Positions 1 to 12,100 of a stretch of DNA of 64,000 nt are shown here, piece by piece. The position numbers were made by a program, and so were the translations under genes. The DNA lies in assembly GCA_038496445.1 (NCBI GenBank), contig JALMLS010000637.1, forward strand, positions 62,001 through 126,000. The letters run 5' to 3'. How positions within the stretch are numbered: the first letter of the stretch is position 1; every line of letters begins with the position of its first letter. The notes under the pieces were generated by a model, which searched no databases, was not told the origin of the DNA, and saw only the letters and a list, made by a program, of their open reading frames with translations. Source of the DNA: Trichosphaerium sp. ATCC 40318 (taxonomy: Eukaryota; Protista; Tubulinea).

Positions 1-363
1 CAGTTTAATTACATCAATGACAAACTGGAAGGTGAATACAAGCAATGGCATGACAATGGCCAACTGAGGAAGCGTTTTAATTACGTAAATGGCAAACGAG
101 AAGGAGAATGCAAACAATGGCATTTCACTGGTGAATTATATAGCCAGTTTAATTACATCAATGACAAACTGGAAGGTGAATACAAACAATGGCATCACAA
201 TGGCCAATTGTGCGTGCAGTTTAATTACATTAATGGCAAACAAGAAGGAGAATGCAATGTATGGTATGCCAATGGCCAATTGGAGAGCCAGTGTAATTAC
301 ATCAACGGTAAACAAGAAGGAGAAGGCAAACGCTGGCGTGATAATGGCCAATTAATTGTGTAA
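1..363 (+). CDS. 3' part of a MORN2/YwqK-like repeat protein (5' end outside window)
   Basis: Frame 1 from base 1 is open to TAA at 361-363 and reads QFNYINDKLEGEYKQWHDNGQLRKRFNYVNGKREGECKQWHFTGELYSQ..., five 24-aa (72-nt) units matching the MORN-variant consensus. The listed 89..355 ORF is an off-frame shadow. Confidence 0.9.
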   Translation, partial: QFNYINDKLEGEYKQWHDNGQLRKRFNYVNGKREGECKQWHFTGELYSQFNYINDKLEGEYKQWHHNGQLCVQFNYINGKQEGECNVWYANGQLESQCNYINGKQEGEGKRWRDNGQLIV

Positions 364-2400
364 CACGATGTTCATTAGTTAAGGAGTTTGATGGTGGATT
401 ACCACGTGTCATTGTTTTTTAAAGTACCACCTTTTCCAAAAATGTACAAAACTTGTTATAGCTTGGTGCTTGTACCGTGAGTTACAAATAGGTAACGAAA
501 CGAATGCCGGTTGAACAAAAATAATTCTCAAAATTTTCTTCTTTATATTTTTATGTTTTGTTGAAAGTGTACCGCCTGTTTGAATTCTAGATTTACATTT
601 TATAATAGCTGCGATTTCTTTGCAAACCCTGTCACAAAAGTCAAGGTGAAATTGTTTAACTGTTAGCCGACACGCTATTTGCATCCACACAGTTGCAAAG
701 TTCTATGAGTAGCCAGCCGTTGTGCACTAGTCTACTATTACTACATTAGTACTACGCGTATGCAATAAAGGGCCTCCTTAAAGGAGAGGTAATAACAAAG
801 TAAGAATAATCTGAGAATCAATTGTAGTTCAATGGTATTTTGGTTTTTGTTGCCTACAGGCTACAAGTCTTTTCAAAAGATAAACATAGAAACGCATTTG
901 TGCGATGACAAGAACCATTAAATTTGGGGTGTAGTGTTTGCTATCTATTAGCTAACATAACACAGGGTTGTAGCGGTGGTATTAGTAAGTTGTAGTCAAC
1001 CAAGGTTATTTGTGGCGGCTGTAGATTAAAATGGTAATGACTAGTAAAGTTGTTAGTAAACTGTTGGCGTTTAAAACCAAGCAAATATATTTTACCACCA
1101 CCGTCTTTTATTTGAAGTATGGTGTGTCCTTCGCCATTTTGCTATGAGCACACTAGGTGTATTCGCGCAACAGAAGAATTAAACATTAGGATTTTATTTT
1201 TCGTCTTCCTGCTAAAACGATATCCTTAAGTTGCTATAAACAAAATGCAGTTGGATAGCATTTGTTGAGTGGATTTACTCAATAAGCATTAAGTGATACC
1301 CTTACTACTGTTAATGTTATTACAGGCAATAGTATTGGATACATCTGAGGCACACAGTGGAGATTCACATTACGCAAAATACATTACAACAACAAACACT
1401 GTTTTGTCGTAGATTGTCTATGTAGATCTTATTGCCTACGTTTAGGCTAAACTAAGATGTGTACTATTGCTATAATGCTAAAAACTTCGCATTATTGTAT
1501 AGCAGATACGTTCTTCTCCTTTAAAAATGCTGTAAGATTGACAACTCCTTACAATTTGCAAGAACGTACCATTAATTCCAACGCGTTTCTGATTGCGATT
1601 AGGACTTGCTATAAGCACTCTAGAGTTTACAACGAGAAGTACTTCACGAAATACTACACGAAGGCACACTGAATTGTTATGATAACAATTGCGATAGAAT
1701 GTTAATGTTGGTTTTTATTTCGCTTGAACGGATCTAGGTTGTACATGGATAGCCAAACACAATCCAGTTTTTTTCCTTCTTCGACGAAAAAGCGGATACA
1801 CAATTCTGCTCTAACGTATAATAAACTAATTGAACAAGGTATATATTGGAAAGAAACGGCGAACATGTGACGCTATGCTTTTTACCCTTCTCTTAATATT
1901 AAAAATAGAATACAGCACAAAAACCGTATGGTTCGCTGTCATATTCACCCTGGCACTCACTGAAATGCACGTGACCAAGTCGTGGGCTCGAGATCTTTAG
2001 AGTTTGTTCGATATGGTACCAAATCGCAATATAACTATGTAACCTTTATTGTCTACCTGATACATACCTAAAAGGTGCCCAGTTATCCAGGGTTGTGATC
2101 TATGACACAACACAAAATAACCTCGCCTCACATTTTTACACGCTGGGTAAGTAGATTGATAGCCTCTATTTGTACAGCAGGCTCTTGTACTTTAAACTCT
2201 CTGGCTTCGGTGAATATTCCAAGCTCATTTCGTGAGCGTGTGAGCTCGAGCCAGTTAAGTCATTAAGCAATTCTCCTAAAAAAATCAAGATAATTTATAC
2301 AACTTACAACCATCATAAACACACTTCTAAGCAAGGCCCATGTGGAAACTAATATCAATTGGTGAGTGCCATCTACAACGCAATCAATTTTTTTTTCGTG

Positions 2401-4757
2401 ATGTCGCTCACGTGTTTAGTGCTATTAATGACAATGGCTGTCTATTGTACCGGACAAGATTTCGATAGTATGTACAGTTTTGAAGCCGTTACAACAGGTA
2501 CTATTGTATTCTCTTTTAATTCTCAACTGATTAATACGCAAATTGAATTGAACAACTAAACACCGTTTATATCACTAACTTGACTGTCTCTAGTGGACTT
2601 TTCACAACCCCAAAAGCGAGGTGGTATTGAACAACATGTTTTAACATTGAACAAAGCGGACGGAACCACTCTCGCATTCAATTGTGTCAAGCATTCTCCA
2701 TTCAGAGTTGGCGCTCAAGTATGTTCAATTTACCTTTTCTCGTTTTTTATTGTCAGTATGTGCAGTTGATTTATTATCTCGCTTAGATCGTTGTTGAACG
2801 CGGAAATAACAAAACATATCTCCCAGCACCAACAAACTTCTACAAAGCCATTGGAGAGAACCACTCCGATTTGGTGTTTGTCGTACATGATGACGGTACT
2901 ATTTCTGGTTTCCTTAAACTCAATGGTGAACAAGTTGCCATTGAACCTGTGTCCCAGTACGTACTTTTAATCTAATTCTTGGTCTACTATTTAACAATCT
3001 CGCTGTAGTAACAAACGATTCTTGGGCGATCATCACAAGTCAAAACTTGTACAAGCAACACACATGTTACTCAGGTTCGTTCGTTGTACTTGTTTAAGTG
3101 ACCAACAACTTATTTTCATTGCGATAGAGAAAACCGTACTGATCCTTGGGAATGTGGTGCCTGTAAAGCTCACCAAGACGCTAAACACAACAAAAGAAGA
3201 GTTCGTGCTGGTAGAACCAGAAACAAAAGGTGACTACCTAATAACAACTTCACAAATGTAACCTTTGTTTTAGATCTATAGAGCAGTTTGCTTCGGGATC
3301 AACATATCCAATACATCCAGCTCCAGTACCTTGTCCCCAAGGCAATATCAAAGAAGTCAGATTTGTACGTCTCCAACATTTCCTTTCATTTGCGTACTAA
3401 TCCTTATCCAGGTCGCTGTGGCTAATGCTGGTTTCACTTCAGAGGCAGGTAGTTACAACAACGCGGCAGGCTACATCGGAAATTGTACGTAACCTTGGCT
3501 AGGATCTCATGCGCTTAGCATATACTAATAACGTGATAGCGTTCAATGTGCTCAACAACTTCTTTCCACAAGATTTTGTACGACTCCAATAATTCTATTC
3601 TATTGCTAATGTATCTCAAGCATATCCAATTGTCCATTGATCAACTCATCGTCAGAACAACCCCAAATAGTAAGTTTTAGGACTTGTTATACTTTCCCGA
3701 TACTAACGACGTTTGTGAAGGTGCTGACTCTTGGGATGTTTATTCGAATAATTGTCCTCAAGAAATAGTAAATGATGAGTACCAAGCTCAACTGTTGCCT
3801 GCATTTGGGCTATGGAAAGCTGCCAATCATCCATCAGCAGGCGCCATCTTATTTCACGATTGTCTACGGCAAAGATCTACTGGTAGTGTAACACTTGGTA
3901 GTGCTTACACTGGAAATCTGTGCAACTCAAGAGTAAGTTGTTTTTATCAAACCTTGTTTTATCTTTTTCCAAATTCTAAATGACATTTAGTACGGTTCTG
4001 CAGAGACACAATTCCAGCACAATCAATTCACAAGACATCGCCTCATCGGCCATGAAATTGGACATCTGTTTGGATGTAATCACGATTCAGTTGGTATTAT
4101 GCTTGCTTTTGACCCAAACGAAGAGTACGCAAATTATCTGTTGTTAGAATGTCACGTGATATCTGATTTCGTTCAATAGTGATTCCAGATATGAGCGATT
4201 CTCACGTGCCAGTCAAGCTCAAGGTTGCAGCACTCTCAGTGGTAAATCATGTGTTCAAAACATGGAGAATGTGTTCCGATTGAGAACATCCAACAACGTG
4301 GATTTCGCACTTGATGGTGATAATGGTTGTGCCAACCACCAGAATGTCTACTTGTATGACTTTAATGAGAACTCTCCAAACGTGAACCAGCAATGGGTAC
4401 AGATCGATAAAGGAAACGGATACTATGCCTTCCAAAAAAGAAATACCGATTGTTGTCTTGATGGTGATTGGGGTGGTTCCAATGGACAAAACGTAAAGCT
4501 ATGGGAATGTCAAAACACGAACCAAAACCAACACTGGAAGAAGATACATCTTGGAGGTAACAAGTACCGCCTAGAGAAGCGAAATGCTGCTGGATATTCG
4601 ATAGATGCAAGCAATCTTAGAGAGAACTATGCGTACGTTTGTTCTCAACGACTCATGGTTGTAATTCTTAACCTATATTTCTAGAAATGTCTATCTATGG
4701 AGTTCTGATAACAACAATGTCAATCAGCAATGGATGTTCATACTCGATAATGATTAA
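2401..4757 (+). CDS. Secreted M12B/reprolysin-like metzincin protease with a C-terminal ricin B-type lectin domain (multi-exon)
   Basis: Signal-like N-terminus MSLTCLVLLMTMAVYCTG. Zinc motif HEIGHLFGCNHD followed by Met-turn GIM at about 4050-4101. QxW-type ricin repeats (NQQW, NQHW, NQQW) from 4262 to the stop at 4755-4757. Several GT-AG introns. Confidence 0.85.
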
Positions 4758-5224
4758 GTAGCAAACTTTATTGTGTAAATAAACCCTCTTGTTCTCAACC
4801 TATATTGTCCGTGTCATTCAAGTTTGCAACAGGTTTGGCAGAAGTATCAAAGTGTAAGATCTTGCAAGAACTAACGCTTAAATACATTCTGTGAAGCCAA
4901 GTCCGTACTTTTAAGCACTTTTAACAATCCCCAAACAACTCTCCACACAGCCAATATGAATCACGATGACCAAAATCACCTGTTGGAGATGCCAGTTGAA
5001 CTGATTGTTCATATTATGAAGTGCGGCTCTTATACACTCAAAGCAGCTCAAACGTGTCATTTCATTCATAATATTGTGCACAACCACGTCGGGTACCCCT
5101 GCATCAATATTTCACTCGAAGAAGAGTTTTCACTACTTTCTGGAAGCCCTTTGCTTGAGAATACGCCAATCTCATTACTTTTAATCCCAGAAATTGTAAA
5201 TGATGATCATTTGAAGCTACTTAA

Positions 5225-5837
5225 GGGTGGAGTCCTATAATGTCTCAATATCGATTAACCCCTCACAGATTTGGCTATAATTTACTGTGAGTACTCAGCA
5301 CGCCCAGTTATACCCTTTAGGTAGCGCTAAAAAATTTTTCCAATAAATGGAATTGCGTTTTTTACCTAAATTAAGCGACTTTTCACGCAGCTAACCCCTC
5401 TTCAATTCTGCTATAAACTTCCACAAAACACGTATTTACAGTCTTAAATGATATAGTGTGGTTTAAAAAGTTATTGCACAACACACAACATAGAATTTTG
5501 AAAAAAACATCTAAAAATAACAAATAATGTTTACGGTAAACACACAAAAAATAACACTCAAAAATTAGTTTTTTTCTCCAAAAACTGCACAGCTCATAAA
5601 ATTCATAGATGGGTGCCATGTGCCGTGATGAAATGAACATGAATAATTTTTCATACAAGTAATGAAAAAAATGGTTACTGCTTAATTTGGAAGCTATGTG
5701 AAAAAAGCACGTGTCTGTTAAATCGCGTAGGCGTTAAGGTCATACGGTTTAATGTGGTAACAAAAAATCAGGTTAAAAAAACAGTTTTTGTCAATATAGG
5801 ACTCTCAATATAGGACTCTCAATATAGGACTCCACCC
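5225..5837. mobile_element. 613-bp non-autonomous DNA transposon (MITE) with TTAA target-site duplication, Kolobok-like termini
   Basis: TTAA at 5221-5224 and 5838-5841. Perfect 15-bp terminal inverted repeats GGGTGGAGTCCTATA / TATAGGACTCCACCC. Excision restores the host reading frame. No transposase ORF. The superfamily call rests only on the TSD and RR...YY termini. Confidence 0.9.
5791..5832 (+). repeat. Three tandem copies of TCAATATAGGACTC at the right end of the MITE
   Basis: Exact 14-bp unit at 5791, 5805 and 5819, overlapping the right TIR. Confidence 0.95.
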
Positions 5838-7209
5838 TTAAAGGCGTAAAGACAATAAAGCTTTCAAAATGCAAGGACATAACAGACAAGGGCATAAAAC
5901 AACTAAAAGGTGTATATTCAATAAATTTACAGAAGACAGCAGTGAGTAATGAAGGCGTCAAGGCATTGGCTGGTGTACACACTATTAGTTTATCAGAAAC
6001 TAGAGTGGGTGATGATGGTATCTCAGCTTTGTCTGGTGTTCATAAGATATCTTTAAGTTACAACGTGATTATAACGGATGCAGGATTGAAAGCGCTTGCT
6101 GGAGTACACACCATCAACTTGAGGCATTGTACAAACATAACAGATGAAGGGTTCAAGGCGAAGGTATTAAAGCTGTGAAAGGTGTACATACCATCAACTT
6201 GAGGCGTTGTCAACATATAACTGATGAAGGGTTCAAGGCTTTATCTGGTGTTCACGTGCTTGATGTGGCAAATACAATGATTACCGATGAAGCATTAATC
6301 TCGTTAGCAGGTGTACATACTGTTACGTTATGGAATTGTGATCACATAACAGATAAAGGTATCAAAGCTTTAGCTGGAGTTCACACAATCAATCTATCAA
6401 ATACTCTTGTTACAGATGATGGTATAAAAGCTTTGGCAGGTGTTCATTTTATTGATTTAACAAGCACGAGTGTAACAGATGATGGCTTAAAGGCATTAGT
6501 AGGTGTACACACTATAATGTTATGGGATTGTAAATTTATAACAGATGAAGGTGTGAAAGCATTAGCTGGAATACATAGTATTGATTTAGCGGAGACAAGC
6601 ATAACAGACGATGCACTCAAAGGGTTAGTAAGTGCAAAGAATATTGATATCTCGTTCTGTGCATCTATAACAGATGTTGGTATTGCATCTCTTGTTAGTG
6701 TAAAGAAGCTTAGCATTGAAGGATGTGCAAATATAAATGGAGAAGGTACACTTGCGTTGGGTGCTTTGACAGAATTGCAACATAGTATAACATCTATATC
6801 AGTCATCAATACTTTGAAAAGTAAAGGTATCAAATTAAACACGGTAGAACTAGACTAAACATTCTGATACAATGGAAAGTCTAATTTTTAATTTGCTGTA
6901 ACATTGGCAAGTTCACATGGGATTGTAAATTTATAACAACAAAGGTGATGTACTATCATAAAATGAAGTAGTCCGGCAACTTTTTGTTTGGTTTGAGTTA
7001 AACGATCATTAAAGACAGCACATGTTCATAGTGTGATATGTCAAGTCGAAATTTGTCACTTCTGCACTATCAGAGCTCATGTAGTTCATATGACTCTTCA
7101 ACAGACCGTGCTTACGAGCTTGCGTTTCGCTGGATTTGCCATCACACGATTTAGTAGCGACTAAAATGACGTCTAACACTTCCCTACGCTTACCAATACC
7201 ATTTTTCCA

Positions 7210-7500
7210 TGCACACGATAACCAAACTGTTGGATGAATGTATTTGCCAATGAATTTGGTGTGAAAAGAGTACTACACAATCTCTATTATTTTTAGACAA
7301 ACATACATGACCTGCATGTTGTAATACCGGTTTAATTAACAAACCTGTTTAAGTTTACTTACAGTATTGGAACACACGTGTTACTTTTTATCTCATATTT
7401 AAGATTTTAAATGCTAGTTTGATGTATTATTACCTTTGGTTTCAATATATTGTTTGTGTAACTTGCACGTACAATCACAACAATAACACATTGTAACTTT
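7210..7500 (+). repeat. Dispersed repeat, copy A (homologous to 20680-20872 in inverted orientation)
   Basis: Shares TGTGAAAAGAGTAC, TTTAGxCAAACATACATGA and GGTTTCAATAxATTGTTTGTGTAACTTGCA blocks, in the same order, with the reverse complement of about 20700-20820. Boundaries approximate. Confidence 0.8.
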
Positions 7501-7963
7501 TTTGTTTAGTGACGTTTCAGTTTGTAAACACGTGTTCTTCCTGTTGCACTGTTTTCACTTCTAAAACTGCAACATGTTTACCGTAAAAGCCAAATATACA
7601 GTTTTGTCTTACCATCGATAACTTCTTGTCAAAAACGTGAACACGACTTGGTTTTCGGGTGAGCCCTCCTGGATCGTTTAAAATATACAAACCAATTATG
7701 TACGTGTGAAAAATCCTTTGACGATAATCTGAGGTACAAGGAAGGATACGCCAGTGATTCAAGGATGCTGTACTACAAACGAGATGAATAAAAATAATGC
7801 TCTTACATTTTTATTAACGCAGAACAATGGTAACGTTTGCTCGAATACAACATTTCTATTTAGGTGCATGATTCACTATTACGTTCAAAATTTGGGCCAT
7901 TATTTGCGTTCTCACAGTCATACCACTGTACTTGCCACTTACCATTTTATAACACCGTGAATA

Positions 7964-8905
7964 CTATTTCATTGTTTCCTTAATGTGCGTTTCTTTTTCC
8001 AACTCTGTTGTAATCCTTCTACCATTAACATAGTTTTCAAGGTATTGTAACTGCCCATTCTTATACCAAGCCTTGCTCTTGCCTTCTTTTTCATCATTCA
8101 AGTAATGATCAAGCGTCCACAAATTACCATTACTGTGCCATCTCCTATCTTCTCCTTCAAGACAACCGCCTATGTAGTAACACTGCCTTTCCAGGTATCC
8201 ATTCTCATGCCAACTTGTGTACACTCCTTCTTGAAAGTCACTAGCATATGTTTCCTTGATATGCACTTGTCCATCCCAATACCAGTGCATGTGTTCTCCT
8301 TCACGTTCTCCATTTTTAAAATTACCCCGAGACAATAGTTGACCATGGCAGTACCATGTTTTGTACTCTCCGTCTAGTTTATCGTTGAAGTATTTGCCTT
8401 CTACACGTAACTTACCATTGTCATACCACTCTTTATTCGCTCCTTCTTGTTTATCGTTTACATAGTTGCACTGAATCCATAACCGTCCGTTCTCATGCCA
8501 CTTCTTGTACTCTCCTTCCCTTTTATTGTCGATATAATTTGCTTGCTCAAACATTTGACCGCTATAGTGCCAGCTGGTACGCTCTCCATAAAGCTTGCCT
8601 GTCAGCCAATACTCTCGACATAGTAATTGTGATTTATTTGGATCATTTGCTTGGTACTTTTTTTTCAGCCATTTACCGTTTTTGTTAAAGTCAGCATCAA
8701 ATCTCGTTGTTGTTGCTGTGTATCTTGATAATAAAGGCCATTTTAGATAGATATCAAAATCTAGGTCTATAATATCAAGGTGCAGCTCAAAAGGAAGGTT
8801 TAGTAGACTGTGACGCGCTTGTTCTCTGGTATTAAACTAAATTGTTAGTTTTGTGACATAGATTTTTTTGCTGTTTGGCGCTCTTACTTGGCGTTTCGCT
8901 TTCAT
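7964..8905 (-). CDS. F-box-like plus MORN2/YwqK-repeat protein (one intron)
   Basis: ATG at 8905 (MKAKRQ), GT-AG intron 8887-8837, then exon 2 in frame with the 7964..8554 ORF. Contains the LLNLPFELHLDIIDL F-box-like motif and about 8 repeats of the type EGEYKxWxxNGxL. Confidence 0.85.
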
Positions 8906-9112
8906 TTGGTTCAATTCGGCTTTAATATCTTCAATCGCAATCTTGTGTTATGTGTACGTGTTTAAAACTGTTTGCTAAGACAGTTGTTGAAGAAAACACG
9001 CGATTTGGTCAAACTTTTTCTGTCCTTATTTTCGGCTGGGCTTGCTGTTAGTCTGAAGAGGTTAATATTAGAAAACTATTCAGCAAGGCAAAATCATTGC
9101 AAGAAACACTTA

Positions 9113-12100
9113 ATGATTGATTTTGAAGGCAGAAATAGCACTCACTTAAGTATTTAAGGCACTCGTTGAACCATAAATAGTGTTTACAACTCTGTTCGCA
9201 CCTCTTCCTTCTATATCCCTTGGGTAATAAAGACCGTTACTAACCTTATTTGTACGTCGATTCGGAGCATCGCCTTGTGAGTCTTATCTACATGATTGAT
9301 TTACACTTCTAGTCTTTCAAAAAAGGGAATACGCAACTAATGCTAAAAGGTGTGTAGTGGAATACGTAAAATTTTACCACCAGGGATTTCTAAGCCATTT
9401 CTCAAGAGCAGTTACCCTTACGATATCTAACATGCTTTAGGATTTCAATCAGAGACCATAAAAAGATTGACAAATGATCAAGTTATTTTATGGACACGTG
9501 CACATTCTGCCGTCCTTAGTGTCAACCAAGACGTGGAAGAACTACGTAAAAAACTTGATAAAATGTTAGTGTGTCATGTTGTCAAGTCAGAGCTCCACTA
9601 CGAAACATACGTCGAGCTGCTAACTACTTTTCAACAAAACATGAAGGCGTTGACACCAACAGAAAGAAAACTAAGTGTATCAAAATTATACAAGACTCCC
9701 ATCATGGGTCTTTACTATGGTTGTGGTACGTCATACTGAAATGAGCACAGTTCAGTACTATATGTTTTTGCTTAATAAAGTAGGCAAGTCAACGTTTATA
9801 TATCGTATGCACAGCACAATGCTCTCCGCAAAGTTTCAAGACTACGTTGAGACCCATTGCACTGATGAAATGTTAAACTACGTGAAGAAAATCGTTCAAG
9901 CAGACTATGTTTATTTTGACGCAACTGAAACTAAACCTGGGTTCTTGAATACATTTGATAAAGAACAGGTCAATAACTGTCTTGTGGAAGATTTTGTAGA
10001 GAGGATCAATACGTCACGTGGGATACGTAGGTTCTATTTTCTTTCTTTAACTTCTAATGCCTTAAAGAAATTGAAACAAAAGAAACAGGATGTGAAAAAA
10101 CAATGTCGTTGGAGGGCGTGATAAAAGGTTATGATGAACAACTGTCAAAACAGGGTCTTTATCATCCATTGGTTATTTTTGTTACTCGTATAAGCCCAAA
10201 TAATAGATTTTACGAAGAAAATGTACTTCCAAATAGTTTAACATTCATCTCACTAGAAGTAGGACAAAGTATATCAGGAGTGGCTGCTGTGGTTTTGGAA
10301 AACCTTGTACAATTGTGTGAGAATAATAACAAAGAGGGAGGTTCATTTCTTGATGGCTGGCCATAATCCGATATTCGCGGATATTGGTCATAGTGATGGG
10401 ACAAAGTCAGGCTGTTTAGAACAGCTACCAGTGACGAATATTGCTCCGTTACTACTAAAGGTACATCCACTTCTGCAGTTAGGTTCCTAATATAGTTGTA
10501 AGTCATTTACAAAGGAGCTTATGATAGATATTATCAACACAGCTGAAGATAGATACAAGCAATATCTTCAGTTTGAAAGTGAAGATCTCAAAGAGATGTT
10601 TGCAAAGAGTTTGGTGGACCACTATGCAGGACACCCTAAGTATATACAAGTTATATTCGAGTAAGTTGTCAGTGTTTTATGTTGTTAACAATATGTTAAG
10701 CAAACTGTTGAAAAAAGCAAGGCAGCATTATGACAAACAGTGCGTTGTTATTTACAACAATAAGTGATATTTGTCTAACTCTTCAATGAAGTAACAAGGA
10801 TCTAATGGTTAAAAGACCATGCTTAGAAAGGTAAGAATAGTTTTATGTTGGTCTTAACTTAACGATTAGAATGTTGGAACTGGAACAAACCTTTGCTGTG
10901 CAAAATGCAATGAGGATCAGTGAAATATGCAAAATACTAGACCACAGAATGTTTGAGTCTGAAGGATTTGATAACGTATATCTAACCTTTGTCAAAATAG
11001 CAGTAGTAGCATATCATAATCTTCCAATTGCTAAGGGAGACAATTTTGTATCAGCATTGAAACAGCGATTTACTATTAATGCTGATTTGGGTGAGCAATC
11101 ACAAGTCACTCTTCAGAAATTGCTTTCTGTAGTACCTATGATGATAGAAGAGAAGAAAGTGGATAACATTACCTACTATTACCCAAAGCTACCAACGCCT
11201 ATTCTAGTTTATATTCGCAACAATTGTATTGACGACGAGTTGAAAGAAGCAATGAACTTTGACAAACATTCTTACAAAGGTACGTAATTCCTAATATTCG
11301 CTTTGTAGTAATTTGGATTTAAGGGCAATTGCTTGAATACGTGGTGAAAGACAAACTACTGAGTAACTCACAACAGCCCCTATATACAGTGGTACCTTCA
11401 CTACGTAGTGTAGCCAACTTTGGTGTAAGTCAAAGCGTAATCATAACCTACTGTTCTAATTGTATAAAATAGGGAGTCATCTTGCCTGAGGGGTGCCGTC
11501 CTTTTCCTAAAGTAACAAACAATGGAATAGAAGTACCACATTCTATAACAGCCCCAGAATCAATTGAAGTGAATACAATAAAACCTATATGTTTCCAACA
11601 AATTTGGAACTCACACAAAGTAGATTGTTTTTTGAACCCTCGCACTAAGTCTGGTATTAGCGCAAAGTTTTATTGATGATAACTAATACTAAGATGTTAC
11701 ATAGAGTCAATGGATTTCTACCTGAAAGGAAGAGTAATGCACCAGGATGAATTCAAACAATGCAATATTGGCTTCAAAATGAATGTACGAGTGTATTGTT
11801 ATTATACTCCTAAGCAGTATCAAGGCAGAGGAAAGTGGACTTAGTTTTTCACAACTTGGAGCTGCTATTGAAAAGTTTCATGTGGGATTGGACCCATTGC
11901 TAATTAGTGTATGTGCAATAGTGTCAATATCTTTGAGCGATCATTTAAAAAAATGCTTCGGTAATAAGACAATAATTCTCCAATGTAAGTTTGTTTATCT
12001 TCAATTGTCCTTGGTACTTAGTTTCTTGTTATAGCTGGTGTTTATTACAAACTGAAAAAAGGGGCTCTGTATAACTCAGTGAGAAACATCGTAGTTGTAA

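Larger units (their letters stand above)
4956..6858 (+). pseudogene. F-box-like plus leucine-rich-repeat gene disrupted by a transposon insertion and a frameshift
   Basis: N-terminal LLEMPVELIVHIM F-box-like motif and many (I/V)TDxGxKALxGVHTIxL repeats. Frame interrupted at 5225-5837; removing the insertion restores HLKLLKGVKTIKL. A 14-nt insertion near 6146-6159 shifts the frame again. Confidence 0.85.

Noticed and set aside
89-355. Listed ORFs 89..355 (+) and 136..351 (-)
   Set aside because: Off-frame and antisense shadows of the MORN repeat frame that starts before base 1.
778-1524. Possible second TTAA-flanked element (TTAA-AGGAGAGGTA ... TTCTTCTCCT-TTAA)
   Set aside because: Only 8 of 10 terminal bases pair and there is no empty-site evidence. 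Too likely by chance in AT-rich DNA without further copies.
5383-5658. ORF inside the MITE as a possible transposase remnant
   Set aside because: Short, compositionally driven by AT-rich sequence, with no DDE or zinc-finger motif.
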